This document shows positions 57,793 to 64,000 of a stretch of 64,000 nt of DNA, in pieces. The notes beneath the pieces are model-generated. The model worked only from the letters and a program-made list of their open reading frames with translations. It had not been told where the DNA came from and made no database searches. Both the position numbers and the translations under genes were made by a program. This DNA is from an uncultured Spirochaetota bacterium (GTDB lineage: Bacteria > Spirochaetota > Brevinematia > Brevinematales > JAOACQ01): positions 128,001 through 192,000 of the forward strand of contig CAWIGG010000006.1 in NCBI GenBank assembly GCA_963835575.1, read 5' to 3'. Each line of letters opens with the position of its first letter. Positions within the stretch are counted from its first letter, which is position 1.

Positions 57793-58692
57793 ATGAAAAA
57801 TATCGGAATTTTGCTTTTAATTTTATTAATCCCGGTCCTTTCTTGCACAGATAAAAAATCGGCCGGAACGAAGAACCCTTCCGGCAGGCTTATTGTCACA
57901 TCCGTTTATCCGCTTTATATCTTTACTTTAAATATAGCCGGAAATATCCCGGATGTTCAGGTGGTCAATCTGGTAAACCCATCGGCCGGCGAGGTCCATG
58001 ATATGCAGTTGACGCCGGAACAGATGGAACTGCTGGAAAAAGCGTCGGTCTTTATCATGCAGGGGGCCGGACTGGAATCCTATATCGGCAAAGTAACGGC
58101 CGATTTGAAAAGGTCAAAACCCAGATTAAAAATAATACTGGCCGGCGATGGAATACCTCTCATTACAGATCCGGTTAGCGGCGAACCCAATCCCCACCTC
58201 TGGGTCAGCCCGGCGGAAGCTGTTCTGGAAGTAAAAAATATAGCGGAAGGGCTTTCCGCCGCTGACGCCGCGCATTCAAACCTTTATCTCTCAAATGCCG
58301 TCAATTATGTCAAAAAGCTCGAAATCTTACGGAAAAAAATGCAGGCTGCCATTAAAAAATCAAAATACAGGGACATTATTACTTTTCATGACGCTTTTCC
58401 CTATTTTGCCCGCGATTTCAGCCTGAGGATCGCGGCGTCCATAGAAAGAGTTCCCGGGACAGAACCCAGCGCCTCCGATCTGGCTGAAGCGGTCAGGCTG
58501 ATCAGGAATAAAAATATCAAAGCGTTGTTCGCGGAGCCGCAGTACCCTCCGAAAGCCGGGGAGATCATCGCGCATGAAACCGGCTTAAAGCTCTATTACC
58601 TGGACCCGGGCGAGACCGGGCCGATGCGGGAAACGGCCTATGAGGAAATCATGGAAAGCAACTTGAATGTTCTCAAGGAAGCTCTGAAATGA
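57793..58692 (+). CDS. Zn/Mn ABC transporter substrate-binding lipoprotein
   Basis: Lipobox VLSC, EVHD, NPHLWVSP, FHDAFPYFA. Confidence 0.92.
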   Translation: MKNIGILLLILLIPVLSCTDKKSAGTKNPSGRLIVTSVYPLYIFTLNIAGNIPDVQVVNLVNPSAGEVHDMQLTPEQMELLEKASVFIMQGAGLESYIGKVTADLKRSKPRLKIILAGDGIPLITDPVSGEPNPHLWVSPAEAVLEVKNIAEGLSAADAAHSNLYLSNAVNYVKKLEILRKKMQAAIKKSKYRDIITFHDAFPYFARDFSLRIAASIERVPGTEPSASDLAEAVRLIRNKNIKALFAEPQYPPKAGEIIAHETGLKLYYLDPGETGPMRETAYEEIMESNLNVLKEALK

Positions 58693-59501
58693 AAGTTAAA
58701 GAAAAACGCGGCAATATAAAAGACCTGCCGAAGGCCTGCGGGCTTTGCTGTACGAAGGTGGAGAATTTTTCCGTATTTCAGGACCGGAATGAAATATTAA
58801 AAGACATCAATCTCCATATCCACTGCGGCGCTTTGACGGCCGTCATAGGTCCCAACGGCGCCGGGAAAACGACTTTCCTTAAAGCCATCCTGGGCGAAGT
58901 CAAACATTCCGGGAACCTGAAATTTGAGGACCACAAAGGCCTGCATTCGAACAGGCCTGTCATAGGTTATGTCCCGCAGAATCTCCATTTTGAAGCCTCA
59001 TCGCCCGTAAGCGTCCTCGATTTTTACCGGGCGGCAAAATACAAAACCTCCGTCTGGCTGCCGCCTTCAGCGAAAACAAAAGAGGAAGTTCAGGATAGCC
59101 TGATGCGGGTCAAGGCGGAGCATCTGATCGGTAAGAAAATGGGGAACCTGTCCGGCGGCGAGCTTCAGCGCGTCCTTCTGGCCCTGGCGCTCGATCCCGT
59201 ACCGGACCTTCTTCTGCTGGATGAACCGCTGTCCGGCATTGACGAGGCGGGAATCGTTCTTTTTTACGACCTTGTATCGGAGATCAGGAAAAATTTCGAT
59301 CTTTCCATTATACTGGTATCCCATGACCTCAATCTGGTTCATCAATACGCGGACAAAGTGATTTTTATGAATAAAACGGTTATCGCTTCCGGCAGTCCCG
59401 AGGATGTGTTTAACAATCCTCAGTTTATCAGCGCGTTCGGGAAGCCATGGATAAAAAGAGCGCAGCCGGTTAATAATGCTGAAATGCCTGAGGAGAAATA
59501 A
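58689..59501 (+). CDS. Zn/Mn ABC transporter ATP-binding protein
   Basis: GPNGAGKT, GYVPQ, LSGGELQR, LLLDEP, VSHD. Confidence 0.93.
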   Translation: MKVKEKRGNIKDLPKACGLCCTKVENFSVFQDRNEILKDINLHIHCGALTAVIGPNGAGKTTFLKAILGEVKHSGNLKFEDHKGLHSNRPVIGYVPQNLHFEASSPVSVLDFYRAAKYKTSVWLPPSAKTKEEVQDSLMRVKAEHLIGKKMGNLSGGELQRVLLALALDPVPDLLLLDEPLSGIDEAGIVLFYDLVSEIRKNFDLSIILVSHDLNLVHQYADKVIFMNKTVIASGSPEDVFNNPQFISAFGKPWIKRAQPVNNAEMPEEK

Positions 59502-60349
59502 TGGACTGGATTTATCATTTTTTAGACAGGGCCCTTCCTTTTGACTGGGCCAGTCTTCAATTCATGAAGAACGCCTTTCTGGCGGTTCTTTTTGTCGCGC
59601 CGACATTCGGCCTTCTCGGCACGGCCATTGTTTCAGGTAAACTGGCCTTTTTTTCGGACGCGCTGGGCCATTCGATCCTGACGGGCATAGCGCTTGGCAT
59701 TATCTTCGGCCTGCGCGACCCTGTACTTTCCATCATCGGCTTCTCAGTCTTCTTTGCCTTTACGGTACTTTTTGTGAAAAACAGGATGAAGGATACCGCC
59801 GACACGGTCATCAGCGTCTTTTCCTCAACCGCCGCCGCCCTGGGCATTGTCTTATTATCACGTACCGGCAGCTTTGCCAGGTATACTTCGTATCTGATCG
59901 GCGATTTCCTGAGCATCCGGCCGGTGGAAATTCTCTACCTTATTATTATATTGATCGGCTGTATTGTTGTCTGGAGTTTCTCATACAATTCCCTGTTGAT
60001 GGCCAATATCAGCCCGTCCCTCGCCCGGAGCAGGAAAATCCCTTTAAAGCTTCCTGAAATAATATTCACGGCCCTGCTCGCGCTGGTAGTTGCCCTTTCA
60101 ATACAGTGGGTCGGACTACTTGTCATCAACGCGCTTCTTGTCCTGCCGGCCGCCGCCGCCCGTAATTTTTCCAGGAACATTTTGGAATACCATCTCTTTT
60201 CCATAATCATTTCCGTCATATCCGGCATTACAGGCCTCATTCTTTCCTATTATATCCACTCGGCGGCCACAGGGGCGACGATCGTGCTTGTCAGCTTCGC
60301 TTTTTTTGCCCTGTCGTTTGTGTTCAAATGGGCGCGCTTCCGTCAATAA
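59501..60349 (+). CDS. Zn/Mn ABC transporter permease
   Basis: FSDALGHS, YLIGD, VGLLVINALLVLPAAAA. Confidence 0.92.
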   Translation: MDWIYHFLDRALPFDWASLQFMKNAFLAVLFVAPTFGLLGTAIVSGKLAFFSDALGHSILTGIALGIIFGLRDPVLSIIGFSVFFAFTVLFVKNRMKDTADTVISVFSSTAAALGIVLLSRTGSFARYTSYLIGDFLSIRPVEILYLIIILIGCIVVWSFSYNSLLMANISPSLARSRKIPLKLPEIIFTALLALVVALSIQWVGLLVINALLVLPAAAARNFSRNILEYHLFSIIISVISGITGLILSYYIHSAATGATIVLVSFAFFALSFVFKWARFRQ

Positions 60350-60390
60350 ATAATTATTGGAATGATAAATAATTCAAAAGGAGGCTGGAT

Positions 60391-60822
60391 ATGCTCAATT
60401 CCCTTTATGATTTTTTCGCTTCTATCGGTTTCAAGGAACCTCTCCATCCGCCCATCACGCACATGCCGATCGGCCTTGTTTTCGGCGCGCTGGTCTTTTT
60501 TATTATCGCTATAATATACAAGAAGAAAGACCTTGAACTGACGGCGCGTCATTCTTCCATCCTGGCTCTGGTGATGGTTTTTCCCACGATCATTCTGGGT
60601 GTGATGGACTGGCTGCATTTTTATAACGGCCAGATGATCCTGCCGATCAAATTCAAAATAGCGCTGGCCGCTTTTGTCATTATTATTCTGATTCTGGGCA
60701 TCAAGTTCGGTAATAAAGTAAAGCTTAAAACCCTTACCATGACCATTGTCTATGTTCTTGCCTTCCTGGCCGTTGTCGGCCTCGGGTATTTCGGCGCGGG
60801 TATTATATACGGGAGATATTAG
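60391..60822 (+). CDS. DUF2231-like membrane protein
   Basis: PLHPPITHMPIG, GVMDW, GYFGAGIIY; AGGAGG RBS. Confidence 0.75.
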   Translation: MLNSLYDFFASIGFKEPLHPPITHMPIGLVFGALVFFIIAIIYKKKDLELTARHSSILALVMVFPTIILGVMDWLHFYNGQMILPIKFKIALAAFVIIILILGIKFGNKVKLKTLTMTIVYVLAFLAVVGLGYFGAGIIYGRY

Positions 60823-61205
60823 AGTGAGATGTACTGCGCAGGAGGAGGCACAGCCTGCGGCTGCGCTAGCATCAGGCATGTCCCGCCGCGATTGTTCGGT
60901 CATCAAGTAACAACGAAGCCTTTGTACCGAGATGACAGCCATAACGCTCCCCTCGATAAGGGAGTCCCTCGGTAGACCTGAGCGGTTCTCTCGGTAGTGC
61001 TGTAAAGCAGGGAGTGGTGTACCCGGGAACCGGGCGTTTCAATACCGTAAGCCCGGTCGTCGAGTTTACTGCTTCTTGCTCTTCTGTACTATCGGGACAA
61101 CCGTTCAGTACTATCGAGGAAACCGTGTCTCAAACAATGAACAATTTTAATAGATGGAATAAAAAAACAGGAGGCCCGTCATGCCAAAACCTCATTATTC
61201 AGCAT
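60823..61205 (+). mobile_element. IS110-like left-end remnant with structured non-coding region and truncated ORF start
   Basis: GC-richer multi-hairpin tract closed by AGGAGGCA/TGCTTCTT, then AGGAGG and ATG 61181 (MPKPHYSA...) with no transposase body. Family assignment is from remembered motif resemblance. Confidence 0.55.
60831..61089 (+). ncRNA. Putative bridge-RNA-like structured RNA
   Basis: Stems GCCTG/CAGGC, GTCATC/GATGAC, CGCTCCC/GGGAGTG, ACCGGGC/GCCCGGT, plus an outer closing stem with G-U pairs on the + strand. Confidence 0.45.
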
Positions 61206-61230
61206 CCTCCTCGCGGCTTTATTTAAATAT

Positions 61231-61434
61231 GGGCAGTTCTAAAAACTCAAATATTTAGAACTGCCGCTATTATATGAGTTCATGCTACCGCCCGAGTTCG
61301 CTGTCTGAAAAGATCATCAACCAGCGAACTCTATACGGTAGAGCCAATTAAATTTACAAGAGATTCTATAACCGGGGCAGTTCCAAAACCTATGTTGGAA
61401 ATATCTGATTGATTTTGAGTTTTTGGAACTGCCC
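61231..61434 (-). mobile_element. 204-bp triple-hairpin MITE, copy 3 (inverted)
   Basis: About 3 substitutions versus copy 1; ATAT duplicated (61227-61230, 61435-61438). Confidence 0.9.
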
Positions 61435-61471
61435 ATATTATAAAAATATATGAAATATTTGGAGATCATCA

Positions 61472-62152
61472 ATGGATAATATTAAAAACCATTTTGAATC
61501 GGAAGCGGAGGAATTCGACTCTATCATTTTAAAGATTATACCGTATTATAGTGAAATGATAGAAGCGCTGGCACTGTCGATCCCTTTCGGAAGGAATGAT
61601 GCGATAAAAGCCATCGATCTGGGCTGCGGCACCGGGACAATTTCAAAAAGCATCATTGAAAAGTTCCCGAACGCCAGGATTACCTGTCTGGATATAGCGG
61701 AAAACATGATCAGCATGGCCCGGATGAAATTAATAAAGCATGAAAATATTTTGTATTCCACGGGCGATTTTTCAAGTTATGAATTCAAAGAAAAATATGA
61801 TGTAATAGTATCCTCCCTGGCATTGCATCATCTGGCGGCGGATAATGATAAAAAGACATTTTACACTAAAATCTATCATGCGTTAAATGAGAACGGCGTG
61901 TTTTATAACGCGGATGTGGTACTGGGTTCAAACGATTATAATCAGGATGTTTATATGAAAAAGTGGAAGGAATATATGAACAAAACAGTGTCACAGGATG
62001 AGATTGATAACAAATGGATTCCTAAATATTATGAGGAAGACAGGCCGGCCCGGTTGATCAGCCAGCTTGAATGGCTGAAAGAAACCGGTTTCAGGGATGT
62101 TGAAATCATATGGAAATATTATAATTTCGCCGTTTATGGCGGGTGCAGGTAA
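61472..62152 (+). CDS. Class I SAM-dependent methyltransferase
   Basis: IDLGCGTG, LDIAENM, VSSLALHHL, FYNAD. Confidence 0.9.
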   Translation: MDNIKNHFESEAEEFDSIILKIIPYYSEMIEALALSIPFGRNDAIKAIDLGCGTGTISKSIIEKFPNARITCLDIAENMISMARMKLIKHENILYSTGDFSSYEFKEKYDVIVSSLALHHLAADNDKKTFYTKIYHALNENGVFYNADVVLGSNDYNQDVYMKKWKEYMNKTVSQDEIDNKWIPKYYEEDRPARLISQLEWLKETGFRDVEIIWKYYNFAVYGGCR

Positions 62153-62160
62153 ATTATTAT

Positions 62161-62844
62161 ATGGAAAATAATATTGATCTGAATACCATAGTTCAAGAAT
62201 ACGGTTTAAAAGTATCATGCCTTTCCAGAAGGATGATCCGGAATAAGCATATCGCATTGGAAGCCGCACAGGAAGCCTGGTTTGAGATTATTAAAAGCAT
62301 TGAATCATTCAAGGGCGAATCCAGTCTTTCCACATGGATCTATACCGTGGCCAAAAGGACAATTCTCCGGTATTCAAAAAAAGAAAAAGTCATTTCCAGG
62401 CATGAATTCAAGGATTTTTTTCAAAATGATGAAATTTCCTATTATGAAACTAATACCGGCAGGGCCGCATGGGTAAAGGAAAAGTGCGACGACTGCCTGA
62501 CCGCTTTCTGCCATTGCCTGAATAATGAGGCCAGGATCATTTTTATATTCAGGGAAATAATCGGACTTTCCTATGATGAGATTTCTCAAATCATGGACGA
62601 TAGTGCGGGAAATATCAGAAAAATCTGGTCCAGGTCAAAAAAGAAAGTGAGGAACTTTATGGAAGAGAATTGCTTTCTCTATAATCAGGACGCTGAATGC
62701 CGCTGCAGGATCAGAAAGGAAATTATAAAGGTTGATCTGCAGAAGGAATATGAAAAATTAAAAAAGACAGCCGAAATAATGCGATTTTATTTAAAGTTTG
62801 AAAAAGATCTGCCCAGGGTCAATTTCTGGAAAATAAAATTGTAA
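62161..62844 (+). CDS. ECF sigma factor with Cys-rich C-terminal extension
   Basis: AQEAW, FKGESSLSTWIYTVA (region 2); LSYDEISQIM (region 4); C-x7-CRC tail. Confidence 0.85.
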   Translation: MENNIDLNTIVQEYGLKVSCLSRRMIRNKHIALEAAQEAWFEIIKSIESFKGESSLSTWIYTVAKRTILRYSKKEKVISRHEFKDFFQNDEISYYETNTGRAAWVKEKCDDCLTAFCHCLNNEARIIFIFREIIGLSYDEISQIMDDSAGNIRKIWSRSKKKVRNFMEENCFLYNQDAECRCRIRKEIIKVDLQKEYEKLKKTAEIMRFYLKFEKDLPRVNFWKIKL

Positions 62845-62847
62845 AGA

Positions 62848-62875
62848 TGTCACAAAATTCGGTTCCCCTCCACTA
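62848..62875 (+). promoter_or_regulatory. Candidate ECF-type promoter
   Basis: TGTCACA-N16-CACTA between the sigma gene and the next gene. Confidence 0.45.
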
Positions 62876-62894
62876 AATATATGAATTAAATTTA

Positions 62895-63329
62895 ATGGAG
62901 GATCAAATGGATTATCGGCTTATGACGGCCCCTTGCGGGAGGGACTGCTTTAACTGTCCGCTTTATCTTGCTAAAGAAAACGAGGGATTGAAAAGCTATT
63001 TTGTAAAAACTTACGGTATGGAAAGCGCGAAAACAGGCTGCGACGGATGCCGGAGTATTGAAGGGAGATGCTATTTCCTTCAGAAGCTTGGTTTCAGCGA
63101 AGAATGTAAAATATACCGCTGTGTTCAGGAGCAAAAAGTGAATTTCTGCTTTGAATGCGCTGAATTTCCCTGTGAAAAGCTGCAGCCCCTGGCGGACAGG
63201 GCGGATAAATTCCCCCATAATCTTAAAGTCTATAATTTATGCCTCATCCAAAAGCTGGGGCTGGAAAACTGGGCCGCAAAGGCGAAGGAAGTTTTCGATA
63301 GTTATTTCAAGGCAAAGCTGGATTTATAA
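62895..63329 (+). CDS. DUF3795-domain Cys-rich protein
   Basis: APCGRDCFNC, CDGCR, CKIYRC, FCFECAEFPC. Confidence 0.85.
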   Translation: MEDQMDYRLMTAPCGRDCFNCPLYLAKENEGLKSYFVKTYGMESAKTGCDGCRSIEGRCYFLQKLGFSEECKIYRCVQEQKVNFCFECAEFPCEKLQPLADRADKFPHNLKVYNLCLIQKLGLENWAAKAKEVFDSYFKAKLDL

Positions 63330-63387
63330 GGAAAGTGAAAGCCAGAGCGGCTGCATGAATTGGAACCGTTAAAGCGTTCTGTAAATA

Positions 63388-64000
63388 GTTGTCCCTGAAA
63401 AAGCCGATTTTCAGAGTAAACCATAGCACAAGCCAATAGCTTTGAAAGGAAAATTTACTTTGATAACGAAATTTATCCATTCAAAAACCGGGCGCAAGAA
63501 AGCCCGCAGGAGCTTTCTCAGATTAAAACCACAGCCGGAAAGAATTGCGTTGATACTGTCACCTTCTTCGCCTTTTAAGTAATTCCTGTCGAGCGAACAA
63601 TCGTTTTTCAAATGTCCAATGTCCGGTTCTATAGCGCTCCTTCGCTTCATCCATCGATGCAGCGCCGGATTTTTCTTTTTCATTCCGTGTTTTGAGACAA
63701 TGACTTGAATATCGCCTTGATAATCGTGTTCTTTATATCCACCGTCCGTCGCGGCCTGCTTGATTTTTACAAAATCCTTCGTCAGTCTTTCCGCCTGTTC
63801 CAGATTCGCCGACAGTGTGTGGCCGTCAAACGGGTTCCCGTGAAAAGCTTCTATCCCCAGTATGAAACCGGCTTTCGCTGAACTGACCACTCCCACTTTA
63901 CATCCGAATTCGTATTTCTTATGTGCCTTGCCTTTCGCTATACATTCCACTTCCGGCGCATGAATGCTGTAAATCTTGTTTTTATCCTGTCTTTTCTGAT
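63388..64000 (-). mobile_element. IS5-family insertion sequence, partial (runs off the window end)
   Basis: Terminal GTTGTCCCTGAAAAA; transposase 63411..>64000 with KIYSIHAPEVECIAKGKAHKKYEFG, DGGY, RRSAIEPDIGHLK. Confidence 0.9.

Noticed and set aside
60343..60942. 199-aa minus-strand ORF, and other long antisense ORFs such as 12688-13350 and 17249-17767
   Set aside because: Shadows of well-supported genes on the opposite strand, with no motifs of their own.
1..64000. Integron integrase, tRNA or rRNA genes
   Set aside because: No tyrosine-recombinase motifs (HxLRH) in any ORF, and no recognisable cloverleaf or rRNA sequence.

Overview
A 64-kb bacterial chromosomal window, probably from a spirochaete. 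This is inferred from the spirochaete-type fliL-fliM-fliY genes with sigma28-like promoters and from attC sites of the Leptospira/Treponema style. Housekeeping genes (carB, cutA, hldD/hldE/GT9, galT, nth, oligoendopeptidase, fliL/M/Y, murB, a Zn/Mn ABC transporter) alternate with a dense mobilome. The mobilome has five main parts. (1) Two minus-strand integron cassette arrays with no integrase in the window (13.6-16.2 kb with an Mrr cassette; 38.8-43.7 kb with a MazEF cassette), plus further degenerate attC-like hairpins. (2) IS1380, IS481, IS5 and four IS1182-type elements or remnants. Three of the IS1182-type ends sit exactly at the AAC of an attC R'' box, and the intact one shows a 3-bp duplication, pointing to attC-targeting IS1182 elements. 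(3) Three copies of a 204-bp triple-hairpin MITE with different 4-bp target duplications, and a 135-bp MITE with a 9-bp duplication. (4) Gene-less, nested elements built from inverted arms of 9-10-bp periodic repeats; two of them bracket the fliL-fliM-fliY block. (5) A structured non-coding region resembling an IS110 left end (bridge-RNA-like) whose transposase is truncated. Five genes carry single-base frameshifts at short homopolymers, most likely sequencing errors. No rRNA, tRNA, CRISPR array or intI was seen. All calls come from reading the sequence; no database searches were run.
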